DNA of 64,000 bases, from assembly GCF_000002075.1 (NCBI RefSeq), contig NW_004797283.1:2448170-2512169 (forward strand), in the 5' to 3' direction. The notes below the pieces were generated by a model. It ran no database searches, had not been told where the DNA came from, and saw only the letters and a program-made list of their open reading frames with translations. Below, one piece after another: positions 12,872 to 25,161 of this stretch. Origin of the DNA: Aplysia californica (taxonomy: Eukaryota). The translations under genes were made by a program, and so were the position numbers. How positions within the stretch are numbered: position 1 is the stretch's first letter; every line of letters begins with the position of its first letter.

Positions 12872-14874
12872 GTGAGTATTAGTTTTTATCAAAACAAAAC
12901 AGTGATTTCAATCAAGTAAAACTCTCTTGGTGGTCTTAGCCTACCATAATGTCTCAGAACATCTCCCCTTCTCTCTCGTCCCCCCCCCCCCCCCCCCCCC
13001 CCCCGGGCTTTCTCTGATATATTGCACCACGGCTTCGTTATTTTTGGTATCTCTTAAAGTTTTAACAATATTGACATTGCAAACCGTGCACGGTCTTCAT
13101 AACCAGGTGTGGGCGAATTGAGCTGTATCAGTATCATCAGAATAAGTTATGGGAGGGGTAACAGAATGGTCTATAATCATCCTCATCTTTAGTAATTGAG
13201 ATAACTCTAGTAACGAGGTACTCAATATTTTTAATTCATAAAGGTTTAGTTTGTTGGAAATTCATTTTAAGGTTTCTAAAAACCATTGATTTTAAGCTCA
13301 ACATCTAAAAACACGTCTCTGTCAATATGCCAAAGGGGAAATTTTCACGCGTTCCTCTTTCATCCCCCCGAGTGACGTCATACCTCGCACGCGTATGATG
13401 ATGGTAGTTTTCCAAATGTGCTGGAGGCCTTAAGAGAGCCAGCACAGTTTTTCAAAAGTCAACCATGCTGAACATGGCTGTCCTGTACTGGCCAGTCCTT
13501 TGTGCTCCGCTCGTGGACAACCACGTAGTGTCAAAACAAAAAGGGAACTTATCCATGTGGCCGGGTCTCTCTGTTAATATTTCTGTCCTGCCCACTCAGC
13601 AGATTTATCCAATCACAACAAACTGTTCTGACTTTAAACAAAATACAATGTACAACGATATTGCTGCTGATTTGTCGTAGATTTCGAAAGAATGAACTTA
13701 ATCACATGGCAAAGGACATTGAGACTGTTGGTCCAAAATGTCACTACAGATGTGTGTTGAATGGCAAGCTTACCACAGGACGACATTTTGCACAAAGAAA
13801 TCCACTTTAAGTTTGTCCTTATTGACTGAAATCAACTTCTAGAGGTCCTATTTAAAAGCTTTACATCTTGTATTTTGATAAATTCATTATGGTACGAATT
13901 GGTTTTGTTTGTTTTTTTTCTAAAGCATACGTCTGATTTTTCTTCAACATTATTTTCATACTCTACCCAATCCCACTAAAATTTGAGGGGTGTGAAGAGG
14001 GTGGGTGTGGGGGAGAGGGGGGGGGGAGTGAAGTGGATTTCCCTCTCCCTCGTTGTAAGTCACACATGATTCATTATGTGACACGAAAAAAAATGTTGTT
14101 GTTGGCGTTTGTTTGTTTTTGTTGTTTTTTAAATTTCTTATGCGGTGATAAAACGACTGCACTTTCTGTCCAAGTCTTTCTTTTCGCAAGAAAAAACACT
14201 GGACACGAGGAGGGGATAAAACAAAGCCGACACAAACAAACATTTATGAGTGGGTGGTTGGAGGGTGCTCTGTTTTGGTTTGTTTCTTCTTTCCTATGAA
14301 ACATCTATCATCTTTATCTCCCCTTCTTCTTTTTTATGTATGTTACTCTCTTGTAACACCTTTAATCTTCTAACACTCATATGACCTTGTGCAGTTGTGA
14401 GCGCCATAAAACCTCTAGTAAAACTTTTAAAAACTAAAAATTTAAGGGGAAAAAAGAGGGCGGAGGGAGTCCTGGCCAATGGTGCACATGTGTGGCATGT
14501 CCAAAAGTCAACCATGTGTATCACGGCTGTTCTACTGGTCAATCCTTTGTGCTCCGCCCGTGGACAACCACGTGGTGTCTAAACACAAAGGGAACGCCAA
14601 TACCGGTGTAGCCAGGTACCTCTGTTGACATTTTGCCCCGCCCGTCTACAGTTTTATCCAATCACAACCCTATATTTTCTTCACGCCATTTCCGGCCTCC
14701 AAAGTCACGGGGTCTACGCACTATAAAGACTCAAAAAAGTTGATAAACTTCATTCATTGCGATTGTAGCGGAGATTTCACATTTAGTGTCTATCGTGTGT
14801 TCGATTGGTTTCTACCCAGCATTCATCAAACGTGTATCTGTACGTGCCAGATTCTTCCTTGTTCATATAGAAGA

Positions 14875-14931
14875 ATGGCGGACTCGTGCTCTGTTCCTGA
14901 AACAACCCCGATTAGCGTGAGTATTAGTTTT

Positions 14932-14975
<44 letters not shown>

Positions 14976-17900
14976 CTTTTTTTTATCTGTCTACCTGTTG
15001 GAAACGTATGACCTTGTGAACCGCACTTGAATCATCACAAGACAAACCGTAGAATAGTTTTAAAAATAAACGCTCCCGATTCTTTGTGGCAGAACAGTAC
15101 GGACTATGTTCTTGTAATACAAGCTTTAGTTTGGTGGTGATTTTTGTCAGAGCTTTGGTTATACAAATAATTTTATGCTCAGCATCTAGCAAAACTGTCG
15201 CTATTTGAAATAAATCTGCAACTGTGGCAACTTTCACCTGTTCTTCTCTCTTCACCGCCATTTGATGTTATGCTTCGCAAGCCGTGCAATGATGAAAATT
15301 TTCTTACTCGAGAAACATGGCTGCCCTACTGGTCATTCATTTGTACGACGCTCGTGGACAACCACGTGGTTTCAAAACACAAAGTGAACGCCGCGTACTA
15401 GCCCGGTCCCTAGTTGGTATTTTCGATCTACCCACTAAGCATGCTTATCCTGTCATAACGAATTAATTGCTTTGACTTTAAACCAAAAACAATGATATAG
15501 GTGATGAAAAGTCGTGGATTCTGTGGTAGAAAGAAAAAAACTGAAAACATGATAAAGGATGCTGTTCGAAAATGTCGCCACGGATGTGTTCAATGATAAG
15601 CTTACGGCAGCATGACATCTCGTACATTTAATGAATTCATTCTATTTTTTTTTCTTATTGACAACAATCTAATAGTTCTATAGAGGTCTTAATTTAAAAG
15701 CATTCATACTGCATTTCGATTACTTGGGTCTAAGTTTTAGTTCCACTAGAGTTTTTAATGGTGCTTGCAACTGCATAAGGTCAGTTAGGCTACAGGACTC
15801 ATAATTGTGAGATTGCGGGTTCGAGGAATTCAGCCTCACCTCGGTCCGACATTGTGTTCTGCCGGCTGTTTGTGTTAGAACTGTATTTAGTTTACTAGTT
15901 TGCCAGAAAGGGAAATGCTATGCGGACCCTCTCTCTCTCTCTCTCTCTCTCTNNNNNNNNNNNNNNNNNNNNNNNNNNNNNNNNNNNNNNNNNNNNNNNN
16001 NNNNNNNNNNNNNNNNNNNNNNNNNNNNNNNNNNNNNNNNNNNNNNNNNNNNNNNNNNNNNNNNNNNNNNNNNNNNNNNNNNNNNNNNNNNNNNNNNNNN
16101 NNNNNNNNNNNNNNNNNNNNNNNNNNNNNNNNNNNNNNNNNNNNNNNNNNNNNNNNNNNNNNNNNNNNNNNNNNNNNNNNNNNGTGAACCGCACGTATGA
16201 ATCATCACAAGACAAACCGTAGAATAGTTTTAAAAATAAACGCTCCCGATTCTTTGTGGCAGAACAGTACGGACTATGTTCTTGTAATACAAGCTTTAGT
16301 TTGGTGGTGATTTTTGTCAGAGCTTTGGTTATACAAATAATTTTATGCTCAGCATCTAGCAAAACTGTCGCTATTTGAAATAAATCTGCATCTGTGGCAA
16401 CTTTCACCTGTTCTTCTCTCTTCACCGCCATTTGATGTTATGCTTCGCAGCTAGCCGTGCAATGATGAAAATTTTCTTACTCGAGAAACATGGCTGCCCT
16501 GTACTGGCCAGTCCTTTGTGCTCCGCTCGAGAACAACCACGTGGTGTCAAAACACAAACGGAACGCCAATACCGGTGTAGCAGGTTACCTAGTTGGTATT
16601 TTCGATCTACCCACTAAGCATGCTTATCCTGTCATAACGAATTAATTGCTTTGACTTTAAACCAAAATACAATGGTATTGGTGCTGGAAAGTCGTAGATT
16701 CCGTGGTAGAAAGAAAGAACTTGATAAAATGATAAAGGACATTGTGGAAGTTGTTCGAAAGTGTCGCCACGGATGTGTTCAATGATAAGATTACTGCAGC
16801 ACGCCATCTCACACATCTAATGAATTCATTCTATTTTTTTTTCTTCTTATTAACAGCAATCTAATAGTTCTCTAGAGGTCTTAATTTAAAAGCATTCACA
16901 CTGCATTTCGATTACTTGACTATGAGTCTTATCGCTTCAGTAGCCTGCAGTTAGGCTACTGGACTCATAGTTGTGAGATTGCGGGTTTGGAGGGTTCAAC
17001 CTCACCTCGGTCCGACATTGTGTTCTGCCGGCTGTTTGTGTTAGAAATGTATTTAGTTTACTAGTTTGCCAGAAAGGGAAATGCTATGCGGACCCCCCCT
17101 CTCTCTCTCTCTCTCTCTCTCAAGGTCTCGAATTCTTTCTTGCACCCTCCATTGTTTGAGTCGCGTTTAGCAGTTTTAGCTACACTGACAATATAATAAC
17201 TGTGCACGCTCTGCAGGAAAAGCTTTCGAGAAGAATTGAGCAATATTATTATCACCATCGCTTTTAAATATCATAATTAAGAATAAGTATGGAAAGGGGA
17301 AGACTGTGTGGGTTGTTTGTTGTTTTGTTTTGTTTTTTGTGGGTTTTTTGGGGGGGTACTGCATATATGGAATCTTGTTACACCACCCCTGTTCACCACT
17401 TCAAGTAATTTAGGTAACTGTTAATAAGGTCAGATTAGATGAAGCAGACAATTAATACGATTTTTAGTTTGGTGAGAGAAAAAAAGCACTGATTATGTGC
17501 TAAGGAAATGAATTATGCAAATGAGGCAATAGTAGCCTGTTTGTTTCTCTCCACCGTCAAGTGACGTCATACATCGCAGCTAGCGTGCGTGTGGCCTTAG
17601 TGTGTAACAGTGTAGGGCCTAGATATCCAAAAGTCAACCACGCGAAACATGGCTGTCCTACTGGTCAGTCCTTTGTGCTCCGCTCGAGAACAACCACGTG
17701 GTGTCAAAACACAAACTGAACACCAATACCCGTGTAGCCCCTCCCTACATTGATAATTTCGTCTTGTCCACTCAGCAGATTTATCCAATCACTACAAATT
17801 ATTCTCACTTTGAACTAAATACAACGGTGTTGGGGCTAAGAAAATCGTAAATTCTACGTGGCTGAAAAAATGAACTCAATTACATTGAGAACGTTGTTTG

Positions 17901-20900
17901 AGTATCGCCACGGACCTTCTGAATGAGAATGATACAGCAGAACGCCATATTGCACAAATGAATCCATTCTAATTTTTTTAAAGATTATTGACAGCAGTCA
18001 AATATTTTTCTAGAGGTCCTAAACAAAAGGTGTTCACCTTTTAATTCGATTAATCGACTATGACTGCAATTGGTCTTGTTAACTTCAGTGTTGTAGCAGT
18101 TAGCTGCTTCGCTGGCACACATAGACAGAACTCTCAAGTTCGATTCCTCAGTGGGGAGAGTTTTCATCGAGTATCTCGGTCTTTCTTCTAGGATGTTGTA
18201 TCCCTCTTCAGCCCGATTTGTTCTTTACACAAGCAGGGATGGAACCTCACCCCCCCCCCCTCCACACACACCAAAGATTTAAATTTTAACGATGATTGCA
18301 TAAAGCACTAACATTTTTTACTTCTAGATTTCTAGATCTAATTGGCTTTGTCGTTAAAAAAATTCGTCTCATTCTTTTACAATACTATTTTCATATCGTA
18401 CCAGACCTAAGATTTTTTTAGGGGGGGGGGGGGGGGGGTCGTATCTCTTTCCTTGTTGTAAGTCATTTGCGAATCATCATGTGACACTAAATAGTCCGTT
18501 CTTTGTGATCCGCGCGTGGATATGACCACGTGGTGCCAATTTTAAATACCGTTAATAAAAGAAATACAAGTAGATTCGTTCACAAATCCTTTCTCTCTTT
18601 ATTCTCTTTCAGTTCTTTTTCATTCATAGATACTATGCTTTGGCTTCTTTGACTGTGCTTCCACATACATATTATTTCCAACATTATCAAGCTTGTAATA
18701 ATGTCATCCATCATAAAATGTTCAGGAAGTTTGCTAAAAATCATAGACTAGTGTAACTTCGTATGTAGATTACGGTACTATATATTTATCTGTCTTTTTT
18801 TTAAATACAGTATCTATTTTTATGTAACACTTTTAAGAATAGATTTACTACATGCAGTTAGTAATTGCAGCTAACTACAATCTGAGGACGACTTCGAGAT
18901 TCCACCACGAATTTTAAAAATAAAAGCAACCCTAAAAACATTGCAACGTCTGAAACAACGAAAACTCAGATAGATTCAGAACCACACGAGACAGAAACAA
19001 GAAATACACACTGCAATTTTCTCACTGGAACGGCTAATACATGTACTAAACAACGTTGTGTATAGTGCTTCTTATAACCTACATGATGAGAACCTCCCGA
19101 TTCCCACACACATTTTGCATACGCATACTTGGCCTGTGTCACTGCTCATCAATACTCTTTTACTGCGGAAATTTGTGACAAGAAATTAATGTTATAGTGA
19201 ACACTGTTGGACTAAACGTTCTCATATCATGCGTTCAATAAAGATAGTGTCATGATTAGGGGAAAAAACTGACGGACTTGCTTCTAAAAGCTACAATGCC
19301 CCAGCTGTAAATTAAAATCTGTAGAAACTACCCACTTGGATTTTTTAAAATTTGTATTTCTTTATAAATTTTCTAGAATACACCTTGCTGCAGTTTACAA
19401 AAATATTGATCTGTTAAGACAAATTGATCCAAGTCATTGTGCAAAAGCTGGAGAGTCTGTGTGCAATAGTTTAGGAGATATCTGACAATCAAAAAGTTGC
19501 GCCACGTATTTTTGACCGCACTATAATTTAAATGATGTCACCATTGTGTAGTGTTGACCGAAAGTGACTGTTGTCGCGTGATAAAGGCGGTCACCTCTTG
19601 AAGGTTAACTATAATAGAGCAGTAACGGCTTGTTCACTAACAGTTGTTGTTACAGCACGTCTGTGTGTGTGTGGGGGGGGGGGGGGTTCTTTCATAAGCT
19701 ATTGGTTTACCGGTCGACTCTACTTTTTTCTATTTACAGCAGAAGGGATTTCCAACATTGGCCGTAGCCTTCTTATTTGTGCAAAAAGATTTCTAAAGTA
19801 AACTGAAAGCTTTGACTTTCCTTCCATTAACAGGACTCACGGTCTCGTCACACTCAAGAGAAGGAGATACGCGCTGATGAAAAGTTGCAAGTTCTCAGGA
19901 GATTGACTGAACTCGAGGAGCGTTATAGAGCTAGCCTTGCAGAGATGGTGAAGCTGGCAGGGGAACTGAAGCGACTTATAGAGGTAGGCCTAGTTCAATT
20001 TCTCTTCGCAATAGATAGTCCTTGCATATTGCATAAAAACCAGGGCTGGAAACTGCAGATCAAATAAAGAAATTTATTAGAGAAAACGAAAGATACTGAC
20101 AATCTCTACACACACCTTTTCGGAAGAACCCCTTTTCCAAAGTGTAGCTATCTGTTAATCCATTTACAATTGAGCCTTTATAGCTTTAAAAAAATAAAAA
20201 GAAATACATTTAAAAACATCATCACGGACTCTGGGAGCACTGGGTGGATTAGGGAAAGAGAGATTTTCTTTTAAAATGTAGATGTTAGACGCTGCCATGG
20301 AGACAAGATCATTTAGGAGGTGGACTTTAAATCTGCCTGCCACCCAGGCTGAGAGGGATACCTGAATGTCTCGAAGTATGTTGTTGTTGGAAGAGAAATC
20401 TGGAGCTCTGAAACCATATGAACTGTTAATATTTGAATGTAAAAAACATACATATTTTTTATGAAAAAAAACAAGCCGATGTTTAAAATGGTTTTACGAC
20501 TTCTGCACCACACTGTATGATGCTATACGTATGTACTTGTATACACTGTATTTTGAGTATTGCTTCCCCTTGAGGATCAATAAAGTATGGGTCATCTATT
20601 GGGTGTTGTTTTGGATTCCAATAAATAACCATTAAAATATTTTTTATTGAATGTATCTAATCCAAGAAAACTGCTTCTTTCAATAACAGGAGACAAGAGC
20701 TTATCGGCGCAAATGTAAGGAAGAACAACCCAAAGTTCAAGAGGAGGAGTTATTTGAGGAAGACAAAGTGTTGGTTATTGACGAGGAGAGGGGTCTACTT
20801 ACGGAGGAACTTTCAGATCTACAAGAGCGGTATACTGCCTACAATGACGGTGTTGTGCTGCTGAGAGAGGAACTGAACCGAGCTCGTGAGGAGAGTGCTC

Positions 20901-20989
20901 GTTTTGTTGAAGAATCTGACTCTGACTTTGAGTACATGGACTTTGACTGCTCGGATTGGGAATTTTCAGACTGGGAAGATGCAGAATAG
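14875..20989 (+). CDS. Orphan coiled-coil protein, right copy (candidate exons 14875-14916, 19834-19983, 20690-20989; ~163 aa)
   Basis: ATG mini-exon MADSCSVPETTPIS|GTGAGT; acceptors TTAACAG (19833) and ATAACAG (20689); donor GAG|GTAGGC; all phase 0; stop TAG at 20989; AATAAA at ~21196 and 21261. The link to the first exon is inferred. Confidence 0.65.
18085..18180 (+). mobile_element. tRNA-derived SINE-head remnant (mirrored at ~8570-8655)
   Basis: B-box GTTCGATTCC with a degenerate upstream A-box; no intact cloverleaf. Confidence 0.4.
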
Positions 20990-22304
20990 GCTGTTGAGCC
21001 AGCCCTGTACGAAAGCCAAGTTCGTCGACACAGAGGGACGCGGGGGAGGGGAGGGGGCAGCATCCGAGTTGATGAGCAAAGAAGAAGAAACATAGGACAA
21101 AGTGGCGTACAAATAGGAAGGGGGGTGGGGTCCTGTGGTTGCAGATAGTTCATTTGTATGTTTAAGGGGGCATTTTACGGAAGAATATTAAACAAAATAA
21201 ACTTTTTGAATGTATTTCAAAGTTTGTTTAAGATAATGATTTTTGTTATAAATAGATGTTAATAAACGTATCGACGATTTTGAGCTAACTCAGAATGTCT
21301 ATTCTTAATACACGTATGCACTCATGTAGCTTAGCCATTTTAAAATCTTTTAAAATGATATTTTGAATTGTAGTTTGTCTTTAGCTTTCTTTTTTTTCAG
21401 TTTTAACCATGTGTCACTGAATAGTATTGGCAACAAGTTTCATAAAAAATGTATTTTGATATTTCAGTGTCTTTGTATAAATAGAGAAATACATGTAGTG
21501 TTGTTCTGAGAGGAATCATCACAGTGATGAACAAGAAAGAAAGGGATTCAAAGTAAATTAAGGTGCTCTGTCTGGACACACGTTTTACCCACGGCTATTT
21601 TATGGATTAGAACATGGCATGGGTGCTTAAACTTAGGTCTAGTAGTTAATTGTTTAGTGGTTGTTTCCTACTTTAAAAAACATTTGGCTTTTTTTTGTCT
21701 TTGTCTGTGTGTGTGTGTGTGTGTGTGTGNNNNNNNNNNNNNNNNNNNNNNNNNNNNNNNNNNNNNNNNNNNNNNNNNNNNNNNNNNNNNNNNNNNNNNN
21801 NNNNNNNNNNNNNNNNNNNNNNNNNNNNNNNNNNNNNNNNNNNNNNNNNNNNNNNNNNNNNNNNNNNNNNNNNNNNNNNNNNNNNNNNNNNNNNNNNNNN
21901 NNNNNNNNNNNNNNNNNNNNNNNNNNNNNNNNNNNNNNNNNNNNNNNNNNNNNNNNNNNNNNNNNNNNNNNNNNNNNNNNNNNNNNNNNNNNNNNNNNNN
22001 NNNNNNNNNNNNNNNNNNNNNNNNNNNNNNNNNNNNNNNNNNNNNNNNNNNNNNNNNNNNNNNNNNNNNNNNNNNNNNNNNNNNNNNNNNNNNNNNNNNN
22101 NNNNNNNNNNNNNNNNNNNNNNNNNNNNNNNNNNNNNNNNNNNNNNNNNNNNNNNNNNNNNNNNNNNNNNNNNNNNNNNNNNNNNNNNNNNNNNNNNNNN
22201 NNNNNNNNNNNNNNNNNNNNNNNNNNNNNNNNNNNNNNNNNNNNNNNNNNNNNNNNNNNNNNNNNNNNNNNNNNNNNNNNNNNNNNNNNNNNNNNNNNNN
22301 NNNN

Positions 22305-22348
<44 letters not shown>

Positions 22349-23227
22349 TTGCGAACATCACTGTGCCTTTTCGTTTCTCTTTCCAAGGAAATGGAGGTCA
22401 CAGTGTCAATTCCCGTAGACAAAACACCAATAAAATGTTTTTAAAAAGTAAAATCATATAATCTGTTTTTGTGTCTTGAATTTGAATACGTGTGTTGTTC
22501 CGTCTTCTAGTTGAAGTTCCATGTGTTTTTGTTTGTTTGTTTGTTTGTTTGTTTGTTTGTCTGTTTGTTTGTTTTTAGTTTCCTTTTTTTACTGTTCTAC
22601 TGAACTAGGACTCAGTGTAGGTCAATTAGACGGCAGAGCTCTTGGTATGTCGTCAAGACACTGAACAAGGTGGGAAAGTATTCAAGAAAACTGAAACCAT
22701 GAACTGCAACTTCTAGTTGCTTCTAAGTTATATGCAATGCTTCTCAACAGCCCATCCACATTCTAGACAAGAAGGTGAACATTTCGAAAACGCTCGAAGA
22801 TACGTTATTTTGGGGCATCTTAAAAAAGAAGCATTTGGCTATTTATGTGCTAAATCAATATGTATATCAATCAATTTGTTTTCTTTATCAAAAACTTTTT
22901 AAAAACTAACAACAACATGCACGCAATAGAAAATGCAAATTCGTGGTTCTGATTTACCTATGTTGGTTCGGAATTGCGACAACATTGCCTTCGGTTTGCT
23001 GCTTATCGAACATTCTATATCGGTTACATCTGTAAAGAGTTGAGAAAACACAGACCCACTGACATTCTGTCACTGTCGGTATCAGGAGTATAGTCTGACA
23101 GCATGATTGAGAACAAAGTAATTATCGTTTCCGGCATTCTTGTCAAGGAATCGGGACCTGCTTTTATTATTAGAGGAAACGTCATGTTTTTTGTGGCTTT
23201 TGTTGTTGTTGTTGTTGTTGTTGTTAA

Positions 23228-23274
<47 letters not shown>

Positions 23275-24679
23275 TCATACCGAATCAAGCACTGCGCCAT
23301 ATAGCCTAGACATTGGGGACGAAAACCTGTGGTGTTGAAAGAGTGAGAGCTGACAACATGATAAAAGGTGTTCAGGTTGTTACTTGACTGCTCAAAAGTA
23401 TTATGATGACGTGTGTGTTGAATTGGAAACGTATCTTTGGGCGCCATCTCGTGCACTGTCTAAATTATTATGTTTTACATAAAGGCTCTTTTGAAAAAAA
23501 CCCTGACAACTTCAGAACTATTGCAAATAGAGGAGACTACGAAAAGGAAATACAAACAATTTTAAGGCTTTGTCTTGTGAAGTGTTCCTCATTATCATCA
23601 TTACAGAGTAAAGTGCCCTTGTGCAACCACTTGTTGATGTGGTTGCTCATAAACCTCTCAGAGTTGCCAAAGGGAAATTTCTTTAGCAGCAGTCGATTGA
23701 TTTATTATTACATTGTTCACACTTGACCTGGCAGTGCCTGTATCAAAACAGGCAAACAAATAAAGATTTCAGAGGGAAAATACTCTTTGCCCTTTTTCAC
23801 CTTGTGTGCAACCACACGCCCTCGATGCAACCCGTTGTTTGCCCTTGATGCAGCCAATCTTTCTGCATGCAACTTAAATGTGACTTAAATGCAACCAGTT
23901 GCTCAAAGATACAGAAAATATGGATATAAGAAAGAAAAGATAGATCTATACATGTATTTTGCTTTTTAATGAACTATAAAACAGCGGGTGGCTTATCAGT
24001 CTGAAAAAAAATCAAACTAAAATTTGGGCGGAAAACTGAAATAGTTGTCGTCATTTTGCGTGTGGAGAGTCTGCGGTCACATTAAGGCACGCGTGTCCGT
24101 GCGCTTCCTCTTCAACAGAGATGACACACTATGCTACAGTGTTCTGCAAAGTTTGGTCTTGGTGAAGTTGTAAAGGAGAGCAATTTAATTATATTATCTT
24201 CCCTCGCTGGTGCTATTTTTGTTTTCGCTATGAGTGAATTCTTTACTATATATGTGAACACTAAATGTGTGTTTTTGATACCAAAAAAATGTAATATTAG
24301 AATTAGAAAAGTAATTGGGATCTGTATCTCTCTAGTATGTGTGGGTTTTTTCTGCTTTGGGCATGCTAGACTGACCTATGGGTTTATCTAAACTACGTTT
24401 ACTGGCAGTAATAGATGGTTATGGTATTGCTTTTCAAAATTAACAATGGCATTGATCTATACATATATGTATATAATGTATACATAATTTTTATTCATAT
24501 TTTGTTTCTATATTTTTTTAGTTAGTTTTTTTTTTGGGGGGGGCGGTTGTTTTGTTTTTGTTGTTGTTGTTGTTTTTTAGGGAGGGAGGCTGTTTTCCTT
24601 TTATACGAAACTGCACGCTAGAAATATAAGGTATACAACAAAGAGTGGCTATCCACTTTAGTTCACGCAGATTCAAATC

Positions 24680-25153
24680 GTTTTTCAAGATGGACCAACG
24701 CCCATTGACACATCCGGGTTCTTGCTTATCTGAATGAAATCGTGCCAGGGAGAGGTGCTAAAGGCCTCGCTCTCTGCGGGTGGCCTGCCACATCCCCAGA
24801 CCTTACTGTATGTGACCTCTTTTTTTTTGGGGGGGGGGGGTATGTTAATGATAAAGTTTATATTCCATCACTTCCAGCAAATATCGATGGCATGAAAGAT
24901 CGAACAAGAGCTTCAGTCAGCAAGGTGGCCTGAGACATTCTGAGGCGCGTTTGGGAGGAATTCTCAATATATCGGCTTGATGTTGTCCGTACTGCCGGTG
25001 GTGGCCACACTGAGCACTTGTAAAATATGAAATAAAAACTTGAAGTTGAAGGTACATGTGTGTACAACACGTGTCCAAGCTAAAGTTTTCTATTGTTTAA
25101 TTTTTTTTTAATAGGCTCGATGATTTTGGCGTATGATTTTTTAATAACCCTGT
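24680..25153 (+). mobile_element. Degenerate Tc1/mariner transposase C-terminus with 3' TIR
   Basis: Frameshifted motifs FQDG..., WPATSPDLTVCDLFF.GYVNDKVY, ILRRVWEEF..YRLDVVRTAGGGHTEHL*. Ends ...TTAATAACCCTG (CAGGGT-type TIR). Confidence 0.85.
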
Positions 25154-25161
25154 GTTTTAAT

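Larger units (their letters stand above)
5921..18537. repeat. Array of ~13 copies of a conserved ~170-bp promoter-like module (left-arm copies ~5921, 6666, 8121, 8947, 10146, 10751; inverted right-arm copies ~12457, 13453, 14501, 15316, 16488, 17627, 18496 partial)
   Basis: Approximate consensus GATTGGATAAATCTGCTGAGTGGGCAGGAC...CACGGGTATTGGCGTTCCCTTTGTGTTTTGACACCACGTGGTTGTCCACGAGCGGAGCACAAAGGACTGACCAGTAGGACAGCCGTGTTTCGCGTGGTTGACTTTTG. It contains two CCAAT boxes, a GC-box-like site and palindromic CCACGTGG. Confidence 0.9.
768..23358. repeat. Large imperfect inverted duplication (palindrome-like), centre at gap 11419-11953
   Basis: Reverse-complement matches: ~768-5420 with ~18553-23358; ~8215-10590 with ~16184-18537; ~6790-7280 with ~13060-13490; ~10900-11362 with ~11978-12470. 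The ORF track shows mirrored ORFs (e.g. 2911..3132- and 20768..20989+). Confidence 0.92.

Noticed and set aside
16935-17010. tRNA-Met-like sequence (GACTCATA; copies ~9770-9840 and ~15780-15845)
   Set aside because: T-arm/B-box is disrupted and no clean cloverleaf forms; at most a SINE-head remnant.
5921-18537. CRISPR-like repeat-spacer array
   Set aside because: Units are ~170 bp with 0.6-1.5 kb irregular spacers that are themselves homologous; no cas genes; eukaryotic context.
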